Shown here in pieces: positions 51,744 through 61,654 of a DNA stretch of 64,000 nt; position 1 is the stretch's first letter, and each line of letters opens with the position of its first letter. The DNA is from an uncultured Chlamydiae bacterium (GTDB taxonomy: Bacteria; Chlamydiota; Chlamydiia; Chlamydiales; JAJFMB01): assembly GCA_963696295.1 (NCBI GenBank), contig CAVOJR010000001.1, positions 352,001 through 416,000 on the forward strand. The letters run 5' to 3'. Position numbers and translations under genes: made by a program. A model generated the notes under the pieces. The model was given only the letters and a program-made list of their open reading frames with translations. It was not told where the DNA came from and did no database searches.

Positions 51744-52844
51744 TTAATGGCGGCAGAGATCTTCCTGCATCCATTGTAACGCTTTTCTTAAATCCGGTTC
51801 CGCGACTTCAGCACAGTAGTGCTCCCCGCAGCTCAAAGAAGAGCCGATCCCGTCGATCATCACAAAACGGGGCTTGCCCTGGCGGGCTTTCTTATCCAAC
51901 GCCATCGCCTCCAAAATAGATTCCACAGGCAACCGGCAAGGCAAGCGCAAAGGAAGCCCGTACTGACTGAGAATCTGTCTGATTTTGTCGCTCAAGGAAA
52001 GGCCGCCAGGCGAAAGGCGGCTTTCGACAAGAAGCCCGATCGCCACGGCTTCCCCATGGGAGAGGGCGTAATGGGTCAGCCGCTCCAAGGCGTGTCCGAT
52101 CGTATGGCCAAAATTCAATAGATGCCGCCTCCCTTTCTCCTTTTCATCTTGCTCCACGATCTCTTTTTTGATGCGGCAGCTCTCAAAAATCGCCTTTTCC
52201 AGAGTCGGGGGATCTAAGCTCAAAATCTGATGGGCATGAGTGTCAAGATACTCAAAAAAAGCGCGGTCTGCGATCAAACCGTGTTTTATCATCTCGACTA
52301 CTCCGTTGGAGAGCTCGTTTGCAGGCAAGCTTTTAAGGGTGGAGGGATCGATTACCACTTTCTTGGGCTGATAAATACATCCCAGCAAATTTTTTCCATA
52401 GGGAACATTGACCCCTGTTTTCCCCCCGATACTGGCATCCACCATCCCAAGGAGGGAGGTGGGGACCTGGACATAGGGAACGCCGCGGCAAAAGGTGGCG
52501 GCGAGATACCCGGCCACATCGGTTGCCACGCCGCCCCCAAGGGCGATCACACAGGTGTCGCGGCCAAGCCCCTTTTCAAACAGCCGATTTTCCAATTGCT
52601 CCTTGGTCTCCCGCGTTTTGTTCTGCTCCCCATGAGGAAAGGGGAAGAGATAGGCTTCCAAACCCAAAGAGGCAAAGGCCTCGCGGAGCGCTTCTCCATA
52701 CAAGGCCGCCACAATGTCATCGGAGATGATGGCTACCCGCTCCTTCAATATAGCGAGGCTCTGAGGGAGCTGCTGCAGCGCTCCGCTGCGGATTTCAATT
52801 TCATAAGATTCGGATTCATGTGGGATGTTACAAATCAATTTCAT
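51744..52844 (-). CDS. aroB: 3-dehydroquinate synthase
   Basis: GEQNKT, LGGGVATD, DASIGGKTGVN, LNFGHTIGHALE, HGEAV; start MKLIC. Confidence 0.96.
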   Translation of the reverse strand: MKLICNIPHESESYEIEIRSGALQQLPQSLAILKERVAIISDDIVAALYGEALREAFASLGLEAYLFPFPHGEQNKTRETKEQLENRLFEKGLGRDTCVIALGGGVATDVAGYLAATFCRGVPYVQVPTSLLGMVDASIGGKTGVNVPYGKNLLGCIYQPKKVVIDPSTLKSLPANELSNGVVEMIKHGLIADRAFFEYLDTHAHQILSLDPPTLEKAIFESCRIKKEIVEQDEKEKGRRHLLNFGHTIGHALERLTHYALSHGEAVAIGLLVESRLSPGGLSLSDKIRQILSQYGLPLRLPCRLPVESILEAMALDKKARQGKPRFVMIDGIGSSLSCGEHYCAEVAEPDLRKALQWMQEDLCRH

Positions 52845-53932
52845 AGTTTCGCGCACCTGTTTAAGAGGAGGGCATCCGCAATCACTAAAGCGGCCATCGC
52901 TTCCACAATCGGGACAGCGCGTATCGCCACACAAGGATCGTGCCGCGACCCTATTGTGAGTTGAAACGACGCCTCTTCTTTGGACGTGGAAAGAGTCTGC
53001 TGCGGTTTCATGATACTCGAGGTGGGTTTGAAGGCTACCCTGCCGACGAGGGGCATCCCCGTGGATATCCCCCCTAAAGTCCCTCCCGCGTAATTGGTTG
53101 CGGTCTTCACTTCGCCCCCCACCTGTATGAAAGGATCGTTGTGTTCCGATCCCGGCATGGCGACCGACCTGAATCCCGAGCCGATTTCAAACCCCTTGGT
53201 GGCAGGCAGGCTCATCATGGCGTGCGCCAGATTAGCCTCCAATTTTTCATAAACCGGATCGCCAAGACCGGGCGGAAGCGAGAGAGCCATAAACTCGATC
53301 AGGCCCCCCAGAGAATCCCCTTCCGCTTTTGCCCGCTCTATCAGAGCCGCCATCTCAGACGCGGCCCTGGCATCGGGACAAAATAGGGGGCTTTGGTATG
53401 TTAAGGTGCGGATTAACTCGATATTGTCCCCTTCGACGATAGCCTCGACAGGGCCGATCTGCCTGATATAGGCCGTGAGCTTTATGCCATAGTGATCGAG
53501 CAGCTTCCTAGCCACAGCCCCGGCGGCCACGCGGCAGGCCGTTTCTCTCGCGGAGGAGCGGCCTCCCCCCCTGTAATCAAAAATCCCATATTTTTCCAGA
53601 TAGGTATAATTAGCATGCCCGGGCCGCAGCAAATCTTTGATCGGCTCATATTTGCTGGAATCGGCGTCTTGATTAGGAATAAGGATGCAGATCGGCGCGC
53701 CGGTCGTTTTCCCTTCAAAGACGCCCGAGAGAATTTCCGCTTTGTCCCCTTCTGTCCTCGGGGTGGTATAGGGGCTTTTTCCGGGGGCCCGCAATGCCAG
53801 AGCCGCATTGATTTCGCTCTCCTCAATGGCCAGGCCGGCCGGGCATCCGTCGATCACAACGCCTATCGCCTTGCCATGGGATTCTCCCCAGGTGGTAATC
53901 TTAAAAATATTCCCAAATGTATTACTTCCCAT
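52841..53932 (-). CDS. aroC: chorismate synthase
   Basis: TWGESHG, RPGHA, GGGRSSARET, GGISTG, RHDPCV. Confidence 0.97.
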   Translation of the reverse strand: MGSNTFGNIFKITTWGESHGKAIGVVIDGCPAGLAIEESEINAALALRAPGKSPYTTPRTEGDKAEILSGVFEGKTTGAPICILIPNQDADSSKYEPIKDLLRPGHANYTYLEKYGIFDYRGGGRSSARETACRVAAGAVARKLLDHYGIKLTAYIRQIGPVEAIVEGDNIELIRTLTYQSPLFCPDARAASEMAALIERAKAEGDSLGGLIEFMALSLPPGLGDPVYEKLEANLAHAMMSLPATKGFEIGSGFRSVAMPGSEHNDPFIQVGGEVKTATNYAGGTLGGISTGMPLVGRVAFKPTSSIMKPQQTLSTSKEEASFQLTIGSRHDPCVAIRAVPIVEAMAALVIADALLLNRCAKL

Positions 53933-54425
53933 AAGACAATTCCTTTAGGATGGCGGCCACAACTTCACTTTCGCTTAAGCAGCCTGTGTCAATAATCGCA
54001 TGCGCGGCTTTCTCATAAAGCGGTAAGCGCCTTTTTGCGAGTTCGGCAAATGATTTTTCCGGATCCCGGCGATCCAGATAGGCCGGGATCTCCTGCATTC
54101 TTTCAAGGAGCCTGTTTAGCGGAGCTTGAAGGTAAACCAATTTCCCGTTTGCCTGGAGGTTTCTCACATTGTCAGGATCATTCAGGCTTCCTCCCCCTAC
54201 TGCGATCACACTCTTTGAAACCCCTTGCAAAGAGGCGATTTGCTCTTTTTCCAGTTCCCGGAACGCCTTTTCCCCCTCTGCGAGAAATATGGCGCGGCAA
54301 GGGCTTCCCCTGACTTGCTCGATCAGCCGGTCGGTGTCGATAAAATTCCAGCCAAGCTTCTCTGCCACCCTTTTTCCGATCGTCGTTTTTCCGCTCATCG
54401 GCAGTCCGCACAAAATAATGTTCAT
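53922..54425 (-). CDS. aroK: shikimate kinase
   Basis: GLPMSGKTT, DTD, GEKAFRELE, GGG, RLPLY. Confidence 0.93.
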   Translation of the reverse strand: MNIILCGLPMSGKTTIGKRVAEKLGWNFIDTDRLIEQVRGSPCRAIFLAEGEKAFRELEKEQIASLQGVSKSVIAVGGGSLNDPDNVRNLQANGKLVYLQAPLNRLLERMQEIPAYLDRRDPEKSFAELAKRRLPLYEKAAHAIIDTGCLSESEVVAAILKELSYGK

Positions 54426-55717
54426 AAAAGCTCCTCAATGTCAGCGCCCAGGGCATTGAAATCGCGCTTGAAGGTCGGGAACGTTTTGGAAACGCATTCC
54501 ACAGAATCCACTATCGTTTCCCCCTCGGCGCCCAAGGCGGCCACAGCGAGCGACATCGCCATCCGGTGGTCGTGGTGCGAGTGCACATGCGCTCCCTTGA
54601 GCGAGGATTTCCTGATGCATAAACCCTCTTCTGTTTCGGTGATGTCCGCCCCCATTTTCCTCAATTCTTCGGCAATGCAGCGGATCCGGTTGCACTCTTT
54701 TTGCTTCGCGACGGCGGCATTGACGATGCGCGTCTCCCCTTCGGCATAGCACGACACCACGGCTAAAATAGTGATGGCATCGATGAAGGCGTTGATATCC
54801 ACCTCAAGGCCTCTTAGAGGGCCCCCTTTTTTGACATGCACCGTTTTGTTTTCCTCGTCGATTTCGATCGCGCCCCCCATCTTCTGAAATACCCTCAGAA
54901 GCTCTTTATCTCCTTGAGAATCGTTCATATCGATATTGTGCACAGTCAATTCCGATTGGGTGATTAAGGCCGCCGCAATCGGAAAGGCAGCGGAACTGAA
55001 ATCGCCTGGAACCGTGTATTCAAAACCCTCGATCCTGCTATTTCCCAAAAGGCGGTACCGCTCAAATGCCCGATTTTCATAAGGGATGCTAAGCTTGTCA
55101 AACCAATCCAATGTCAGCGAAATCCACGGTTTTTCCCCGGGATTTTGAACCTCAAGCTCTACGGGGCCTTCGGCGAAAGCGGAAGCGATCAGCAGCGCAG
55201 ACACCGGCTGTGAATCTTCCCCGTTGAGCAAGGCTCTTCCCGGCTTGATTGGGCCTTGAATGATCACCGGCGCATAGCCGTCCCCCCGCATGGAGGCGGT
55301 TGATACGCCGAGCTGAGCGAGGCCGCCTAGCAGCGGTTTCATCGGCCGCTGATGGCGAATAGAATAATCTCCTGTGATGACGACCGGTTTTTTGGCGAGC
55401 GCGCCGATGGCGGTACAAAACCGCAGCACAATGCCTGAGTTGCCGGCGTTGATCACATCTTCCGTATGATCGACTTTGCCGCTGATCCCTTCAATATCGA
55501 TGTGATGAGGGGAAACATCCAAAGCGGCCCCGAAAAGGCGGCAAGCCTCGATCATGGCGTGCGTATCCGAAGAGGGGAGATAGCGGTTAATCCGGCTCTT
55601 TCCCCTTCCCAGCGCTCCGAAAAGGAGGGCTCTTAGCGTATGGGATTTGGAGGCAGGGACCGAAATCCCTCCCTTCACTGTCCCTTGTTTTATTCTGTAT
55701 CTCATTTTTGACATCAT
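54422..55717 (-). CDS. aroA: EPSP synthase
   Basis: PASKSHTLR, GNSGIVLRF, RPMKPL, KECNRI, HDHRMAMS, KTFP. Confidence 0.96.
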   Translation of the reverse strand: MMSKMRYRIKQGTVKGGISVPASKSHTLRALLFGALGRGKSRINRYLPSSDTHAMIEACRLFGAALDVSPHHIDIEGISGKVDHTEDVINAGNSGIVLRFCTAIGALAKKPVVITGDYSIRHQRPMKPLLGGLAQLGVSTASMRGDGYAPVIIQGPIKPGRALLNGEDSQPVSALLIASAFAEGPVELEVQNPGEKPWISLTLDWFDKLSIPYENRAFERYRLLGNSRIEGFEYTVPGDFSSAAFPIAAALITQSELTVHNIDMNDSQGDKELLRVFQKMGGAIEIDEENKTVHVKKGGPLRGLEVDINAFIDAITILAVVSCYAEGETRIVNAAVAKQKECNRIRCIAEELRKMGADITETEEGLCIRKSSLKGAHVHSHHDHRMAMSLAVAALGAEGETIVDSVECVSKTFPTFKRDFNALGADIEELL

Positions 55718-56727
55718 ATCATCCCTGCCTTTAAATAATCCAGCCATCGCTCCAAGTAATAGCGGATGAGAGGCTGGTTTTCTATTTCCCCATTGTCGCG
55801 AGCCAGGCGGGTAAAGGATTGAAACCCGGGTCCGGCTATCCTCAAGCTCTCCTTGTCGTGGGCGCTCACAAAATCGAAATACGATTTCGATAATACAGCG
55901 GGAAGGTGGGAAACCAAAGCCGCCTGATGGTCATGGACGGCAGCCTCTAAAAAGACGGGTTTGCCCCCCAAGTACTTGATCCACTCGATGATGCTGTCAA
56001 TACCATTTCCCTGGTGAGGCACAACCACCCATGGCCTGTTAACAAACAAAGTCGCCTGGCTATTGGCAAATCCCCCGTTCTCCTTGCCGGCCATCGGGTG
56101 GGTGCTGATATATTCCAAGCCCTCCCCCGACAGCTTTTCAAAAGTTGCCGCGATGGCCGTTTTCACACCGGCAATATCGATCACGATCAATTTTTTCTGG
56201 CAGTGCCGCTTAATCTCCTCTGCCAAAGGGATTATCGTTGAGAGAGGGGAAGCTAAAACAATCAGCTCCGCGTTCTGAACCAGCTCTTGCATCCCGGAAT
56301 ACACCTTGTCAATCCATCCCCCTGCCAGCGCCTCCTCATCCACAGCGCCGCTGACCGTCCCGATCTCAATAGAGGGATCTTTCGTTTTGAGCGCTTTAGC
56401 GAGCGACCCCCCCATCAGCCCCACCCCCACGATGCCGATGCGGCGGAACGGTTGAGAAAGGTGTTGAAAAAAATGTTGCGCCACCTTCGATTCCTGCATG
56501 ATTTCCCTATAGATATGTCCGATATTCTCTTTTAAAACCGGATGCCGGACGACCCTCTCCACCTGATCCAGAACTTTCTCTTCCCGGGAAAAATCGGTCA
56601 CATCCTGGTGCCGCTCGGCCTTGATTTTTCCCGCCTGATCGGCCGCGCTCATCCTTTCATTGAGCAATGAGGCAATTTGAGCATCCAGCCAATCGATCCT
56701 TTCCCGCAATTTCTCTAATTTGTCCAT
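55714..56727 (-). CDS. tyrA: chorismate mutase (AroQ)-prephenate dehydrogenase fusion
   Basis: LRERIDWLDAQIASLLNER..REEKVL; GVGLMGGS, HPMAG, HDHQAALVSHLP, GPGFQSFTRLA. Confidence 0.9.
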   Translation of the reverse strand: MDKLEKLRERIDWLDAQIASLLNERMSAADQAGKIKAERHQDVTDFSREEKVLDQVERVVRHPVLKENIGHIYREIMQESKVAQHFFQHLSQPFRRIGIVGVGLMGGSLAKALKTKDPSIEIGTVSGAVDEEALAGGWIDKVYSGMQELVQNAELIVLASPLSTIIPLAEEIKRHCQKKLIVIDIAGVKTAIAATFEKLSGEGLEYISTHPMAGKENGGFANSQATLFVNRPWVVVPHQGNGIDSIIEWIKYLGGKPVFLEAAVHDHQAALVSHLPAVLSKSYFDFVSAHDKESLRIAGPGFQSFTRLARDNGEIENQPLIRYYLERWLDYLKAGMI

Positions 56728-57524
56728 CCCAATCCTCTTTGATATAAACCCAATAATTTGTGTTTTTTAAGTTTCTCCAAAACCTTTTCAATCTCTATTC
56801 CCCTAAATTCGAAGTCGAGATAGAACAGATACTCAAAAGGGGAGCCCTTTAAAGGGCGGGACTCCAGCCTGGTTAAATTAATCCCAGCCTCGGCGAAAGG
56901 ATTCAGTATTTCAGCAAGAGCTCCCGGAACATGGTTCAGCTGCAACAGCAGCGAGCACTTATCGGCAAGTTCCCCAGGCTCTGCTTTTTTTGCGAGCGTC
57001 ACAAAGCGGGTATAATTCCTCGGATCGTCTTCAATCCCCTTTTCAATCATTTCCAACCCATACAGCCTTTGCGCGCTTGCGCTGGCAATGGCTGCGAGGG
57101 AGGGATCTCCTAAAGAGGCGATCTCTTGCGCTGCGGCGGCCGTATCGATAAAGACGACCGCTTCCATCCAGGGATGCCGCTCAAAAAAGTTCCGGCATTG
57201 ATCCAGCGCTTTTGGGTGGGACAGCACCTTTTTTATCCCCTTTAAATCCTTTTGCACCCCAAGCAGGCACTGTTCGATTTTAGTGTAATGCTCTCCAATA
57301 ATCTGCATGTCAAAGGCGTTCAGAAGATCGTAGTTCTCGCAGATGGAGCCGATCAGACTGTTTTCGATGGGGATCACCGCATAATCAGCCGCCCCCGTCT
57401 CAATATGCTCAAAAACGGCTTTAAAGGTGGGCAACCCTAAGTAATTGTGCCCCTCGCCAAACGCTTTTAAAGCCGTCATATGGCTGAAGGCTCCCTCAAC
57501 TCCCTGATAAGCAATCGTTTTCAT
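56715..57524 (-). CDS. pheA: prephenate dehydratase with ACT domain
   Basis: AYQGVEGAFS, PIENS, SHPKALDQC, NYTRF, INLTRLESRP. Confidence 0.94.
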   Translation of the reverse strand: MKTIAYQGVEGAFSHMTALKAFGEGHNYLGLPTFKAVFEHIETGAADYAVIPIENSLIGSICENYDLLNAFDMQIIGEHYTKIEQCLLGVQKDLKGIKKVLSHPKALDQCRNFFERHPWMEAVVFIDTAAAAQEIASLGDPSLAAIASASAQRLYGLEMIEKGIEDDPRNYTRFVTLAKKAEPGELADKCSLLLQLNHVPGALAEILNPFAEAGINLTRLESRPLKGSPFEYLFYLDFEFRGIEIEKVLEKLKKHKLLGLYQRGLGWTN

Positions 57525-58288
57525 GCCGCCTCTAGCTTTTTTAACAAATCTTGCAACTGAGGCGGAGAAAGCTGCTGCTTCGCATCGGTTATCGCATTTC
57601 CGGGATCGGAGTGCATTTCGATGAGATACCCATCAAAATCATACGCCAGGGCGCTTTGACAAATCGCGAGGACATTCTCTTGAGTGCCTCCGATATGGGA
57701 GGGATCGAGAATCATTGGGAGACCTGTCTTTGCCTTGACCCGCATGGCCATCTCAAAATCGGGCAGGTTGCGGTAACCGTTCAGATTTGGCGCCTTGCCC
57801 GGAGAAAATCCCCGATGGCAGATCATCAGCCGTTCCCGGGGAAACCCCTCGGAGAGAATATGTTCGTGGATCCCCAGCCAATGCTTTTCATCCTCCCACA
57901 TCTGGTTCTTGAACATCAAGGTGATCCCCTCAGGCCCGGTGGAAAGTATTTTAGAGATCTTCTGCTGCTCCATGTGATTTTGATTGCGGGATCCGAGCCA
58001 CACGACCATCCGCGCCTCAGGCCCATAGTGCTCCATCGCGTGCACCACCATCAGGGCGTGTTCCGCCGTCATGATTTCCGTGGCCGGCACTAACCCGTAA
58101 GGGATCGTTTCCTCAAGCAGAAGGGGAAGGCCCATCCTTCCGAACCCCTCCCACCCGGGCTGTGTGCGGGGCTTCCACAAAGAAGCGCGCACCATCGCGA
58201 CCCCCATCCGCCTCAAGACCTGCACACACTCCTTCAGCTGCTGCGGGGACTCCAAGGCGCACGGTCCTGCTATGACCATTTTATTCAT
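57521..58288 (-). CDS. DAHP synthase class I-beta, catalytic barrel only
   Basis: IAGPCALES, WKPRT, GSRN, CHRG, DPSH, EMH..DAKQQL. Confidence 0.88.
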   Translation of the reverse strand: MNKMVIAGPCALESPQQLKECVQVLRRMGVAMVRASLWKPRTQPGWEGFGRMGLPLLLEETIPYGLVPATEIMTAEHALMVVHAMEHYGPEARMVVWLGSRNQNHMEQQKISKILSTGPEGITLMFKNQMWEDEKHWLGIHEHILSEGFPRERLMICHRGFSPGKAPNLNGYRNLPDFEMAMRVKAKTGLPMILDPSHIGGTQENVLAICQSALAYDFDGYLIEMHSDPGNAITDAKQQLSPPQLQDLLKKLEAA

Positions 58289-58313
58289 ATAAATTCTCCT
58301 GTTTATTTTTGGG

Positions 58314-58341
58314 CAAAAAAAAACCCCGCTTTTGGCGGGGT
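58314..58341 (-). terminator. attenuator terminator of the aro/phe/tyr operon
   Basis: Minus strand ACCCCGC-caaaa-GCGGGGT followed by a long U run. Confidence 0.88.
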
Positions 58342-58371
58342 CTGTTTTTAGCTTGTCTTTTTTTACAAGCG

Positions 58372-58440
58372 TCAGTCAGCCTCCCGCCTCATGGGTTTAG
58401 TAAAAAAGAAAAAAAAGGCGGTAAAAGACAAACGGTTCAT
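58372..58440 (-). CDS. Phe-rich attenuation leader peptide (PheL-like)
   Basis: MNRLSFTAFFFFFTKPMRREAD*; RBS AAGGAA; five consecutive Phe codons. Confidence 0.85.
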   Translation of the reverse strand: MNRLSFTAFFFFFTKPMRREAD

Positions 58441-58464
58441 GTAAAATTCCTTCATTTAACTATA

Positions 58465-58493
58465 ATTCTATATTATAATAAATTAATTGTCAA
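58465..58493 (-). promoter_or_regulatory. sigma70/sigma66-type promoter of the leader-aro operon
   Basis: TTGACA-17 nt-TAGAAT on the minus strand. Confidence 0.8.
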
Positions 58494-58609
58494 TATAATA
58501 TTACATTAGTTGAAATAAAATAAAACAAAAGCGCGGATGCTTTTGACCAAAAGTTACTCAATTGATAAGACTCTTTCCGATGAATTTATCTTTCTGCTAA
58601 ATTGCAAGC

Positions 58610-60346
58610 GTGAATTCTCGGACTCAAAAATTTTTGTCGTATTATAAACCCCATTTGGGATTGTTTTGCGCTGACATGGCCTGCGCCATTATCGTTTCGG
58701 CAATTACTTTGGCTCTTCCCCTAATCGTCAGATACATCACCAAAAATTTGCTGGAACCCGACACGCCCGATGCCCTCAGTCAAATCTATGCGATGGGCGC
58801 CCTCATGCTTTTGCTGGTGGCCATTCATACGGCATGCCACGCCTTCATCGACTATAAAGGGCATGTGATGGGCGCGCTGATGGAAGGGGACATGCGCAAT
58901 GATTTGTTTGAACATTACCAAAAGCTCTCGTTCAATTTTTATGATGAGCAAAGAACGGGACAGCTGATGACCCGGATCTCAAACGATTCGTTCGACCTTT
59001 CCGAATTATACCATCACGGCCCTGAGGATATCGTCATTTCCCTGCTGAATTTTATCGGCGCGTGCATCATCTTATTCTACATCAATGTCAAGCTGACCCT
59101 TATCGTCCTGCTCTTTGTGCCCGTCATGGGTGCGTATGGCTATTATTTCAGCCGTAAAATGAGAATCGCTTTGAGAAAAAGCAAGGACCGCATCGGCGAT
59201 ATCAACGCTCAGGTGGAAGATACCCTTGCGGGCATTAGAGTGGTCAAGTCATTTACAAACGAAGAAATTGAAAAGCAAAAGTTCGCCGAAGAAAACCGCC
59301 GTTTTGTCGAAAGCCGCAAAGAAGGATATAAAAGCGAGGCCTATTTTTATGACGGATTGATCCTGTTCACGCAGCTCATGACCATTGCCGTTGTCATTTT
59401 TGGAGGAGCCGGCATTGTTAAAAAGTCGATCGATTTAGCCGATTTACTGACATTCTTGCTTTATATCGGCATTCTCATTGAACCCATACAGAGGCTCGGC
59501 AATTTTACGAGGCTATACCAGGAAGGGTTTACCGGTTTTGAAAGATTTATGGAAGTCTTGGAGGTAGCGCCCGATATCAAAGACGCGCCTGATGCCATGG
59601 AGCTTACAGACGTAAAAGGGAATATAGAATTTAAAAATGTGAGCTTCAAGTATAAAGAAGGTTATGACCATATCCTGAAGCATATTAATCTGCAAATAAA
59701 AGCCGGAGATTATCTGGCCTTGGTCGGGCCCTCGGGCGCCGGGAAAACAACTCTTTGCTCCTTGATTCCCCGGTTTTATGAAGTCAGCAAAGGGGAAATC
59801 CTGCTTGACGGCAAAAATATCAACAGCCTTACCATGCGCTCGTTAAGAAGAAATATTGGCATCGTCCAGCAAGATGTCTATCTCTTTGCCGGAACGGTTT
59901 CCGACAATATACGCTACGGCAAACTCAATGCGGGCGAGGAGGAAATCATAAGGGCCGCCAAAAAGGCCAATGCCCATGATTTTATCATGGCGCTGCCGAA
60001 GGGATATGCCACAGATATCGGGGAGCGGGGCGTAAAATTATCGGGAGGGCAAAAGCAGAGACTGAGCATCGCGCGCGTTTTCCTGAAAGACCCCCCCATT
60101 ATCATTTTTGATGAAGCTACGAGCTCTCTGGACAATGAAAGCGAAAAAGCCGTGCGGGATTCTCTGGAGACATTGACGCATAACCGCACCACCATCGTCA
60201 TCGCCCATCGTTTGTCAACCGTCCGAAACGCCAGGAAAATTCTGGTATTAACCGACAATGGAATAGAGGAGCAAGGCACCCACGAGGAGTTGATTGCCTT
60301 GAATGGCACTTATGCGAGTTTATACAAACTGCAGCTAAGGATTTAA
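58610..60346 (+). CDS. ABC exporter, fused permease/ATPase
   Basis: TMD + GPSGAGKTT, LSGGQKQRL, FDEATS. Confidence 0.92.
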   Translation: MNSRTQKFLSYYKPHLGLFCADMACAIIVSAITLALPLIVRYITKNLLEPDTPDALSQIYAMGALMLLLVAIHTACHAFIDYKGHVMGALMEGDMRNDLFEHYQKLSFNFYDEQRTGQLMTRISNDSFDLSELYHHGPEDIVISLLNFIGACIILFYINVKLTLIVLLFVPVMGAYGYYFSRKMRIALRKSKDRIGDINAQVEDTLAGIRVVKSFTNEEIEKQKFAEENRRFVESRKEGYKSEAYFYDGLILFTQLMTIAVVIFGGAGIVKKSIDLADLLTFLLYIGILIEPIQRLGNFTRLYQEGFTGFERFMEVLEVAPDIKDAPDAMELTDVKGNIEFKNVSFKYKEGYDHILKHINLQIKAGDYLALVGPSGAGKTTLCSLIPRFYEVSKGEILLDGKNINSLTMRSLRRNIGIVQQDVYLFAGTVSDNIRYGKLNAGEEEIIRAAKKANAHDFIMALPKGYATDIGERGVKLSGGQKQRLSIARVFLKDPPIIIFDEATSSLDNESEKAVRDSLETLTHNRTTIVIAHRLSTVRNARKILVLTDNGIEEQGTHEELIALNGTYASLYKLQLRI

Positions 60347-60439
60347 ATCGTCGCTTGAACAACCCTCCAGGGGGCGAATGCCTGGTCCAGAAGATATCCC
60401 TAACATTCATTCAATAATGGCGGCAAGGCCCGGGGGGGC

Positions 60440-60732
60440 TGTTTTAGAGCTATCAGAGGATCCCGGCTCCGGTAATACAGCTCAATTCTAAGGAATAATA
60501 ATCATTCTCTGAGACCGGTTCCATAACGCCAAGGAAAAGCCCGCAAAAAAGAAGGCAGACGGCTCTTGAGGCATGCTTAGAGAGCGTCATCCAGCAATTC
60601 GGCAATACCCTTAATTTTCATCCCCATTTCCACTTGACTCGTGATCCACCCCACTGGATTGATTAGACTTTAAGAGAAAACGACCTCTGCCGGCAGTGGG
60701 AATAGATCACTCTACAAATAATTGCTTTTCCC
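60440..60732 (+). mobile_element. internally deleted IS91-family (HUH/Y2) transposase remnant, copy 1
   Basis: ESVIQQFGNTLNFHPHFHL (HUH motif) joined directly to DPPHWID*; left boundary approximate. Confidence 0.6.
60643..60732 (+). repeat. ~90-bp direct repeat, second copy at 61806-61899
   Basis: GATCCwCCCCACTGGATTGATTAGACTTTAAGAGAAAACGACCwCTGCCGGCAGTGGGAATAGATCACTCTAC..AAATAATTGCTTTTCCC. Confidence 0.92.
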
Positions 60733-60769
60733 CAGCAGAGTGGGTAAGGGGGCGCGCTTTATCTTGTGC

Positions 60770-61213
60770 CTCAAAGATATCGTCTGCTGGAATGAACTCC
60801 TGAAAGAAGTGAAAAACTCCGTCCTCATCCTCTTTTTGATGTTTTCGCAAAAGGCGAAGGAAAACCTGATCAAACGGTTCGACCCTGAGGTGCGGAACAG
60901 GATCTATTTCGTCGGCGCCGCCCCCAAGTGGCTCCATTTGCACAGGCTTCGCGGCATGGATCTCATCCTCGATTTCTTTTATTACGGAGCGCATACCACT
61001 GCCGGCGACGCCCTTTCGCAAGTCCCTATTGCGACCGGCCTTGGCGAGGCAATGGAGTCGAGAGTGTGCAGCAGCATGCAGCGGGCCTCAGGGCTTTGGC
61101 GGCAGGAGTATGCCGAGTTCGCCAGGCGGTGCGCGAGCGACCCCGATTTCTATAGGCAGATCAGGGAAAGCCTTAAGGGGGGTGAGGGATATAAAATCTT
61201 AATAAGAAATTAA
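60770..61213 (+). pseudogene. O-GlcNAc transferase (GT41/SPINDLY) C-terminal fragment
   Basis: WNELLKEVKNSVL..HLHRLRGMDLILDFFYYGAHTTAGDAL..VPI..SRVCSSM; N-terminal part absent. Confidence 0.75.
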
Positions 61214-61253
61214 TAAATAAAAGATATAATTAAAGGAAAAAAATGAGGTTTTT

Positions 61254-61613
61254 ATGTCAGCAAGTACTCATGCGGCTGTGGGACAGTGTTCCATCTGTTT
61301 ATTAGATATCGTGCCCAACGCCACCCAGGCAGGTGAAAAAAGCCGGAAGCTAAACTGCTCCCACGTGTTTCATCAGCTTTGCATCGGGGAGTGGATGAAA
61401 GTAAGCCACACGTGCCCTTTATGCCGGGCAGCCGTGGATGATGATACCCCGCTGACAAACCGCCCTAGCCATGACATGAGCTGGGAGGAGCTTATAGCAT
61501 TCACGAGCGATCGCGTTCGGGAAATCAGAGTGTTAAACCTCAATGAGAATACCCAAGTCGCGAGAACTGCGAGAAAGGTGAATTCGCTTGCGGCCTTTAT
61601 ATTCAGACAATAA
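61254..61613 (+). CDS. RING-H2 finger protein (E3 ligase-like)
   Basis: CSIC..LNCSHVFHQLCIGEW..TCPLCR; RBS GAGG. Confidence 0.9.
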   Translation: MSASTHAAVGQCSICLLDIVPNATQAGEKSRKLNCSHVFHQLCIGEWMKVSHTCPLCRAAVDDDTPLTNRPSHDMSWEELIAFTSDRVREIRVLNLNENTQVARTARKVNSLAAFIFRQ

Positions 61614-61654
61614 ATTATGTGTAGAATATAAGCGGCCAAACAGGTGCTGGAGAC

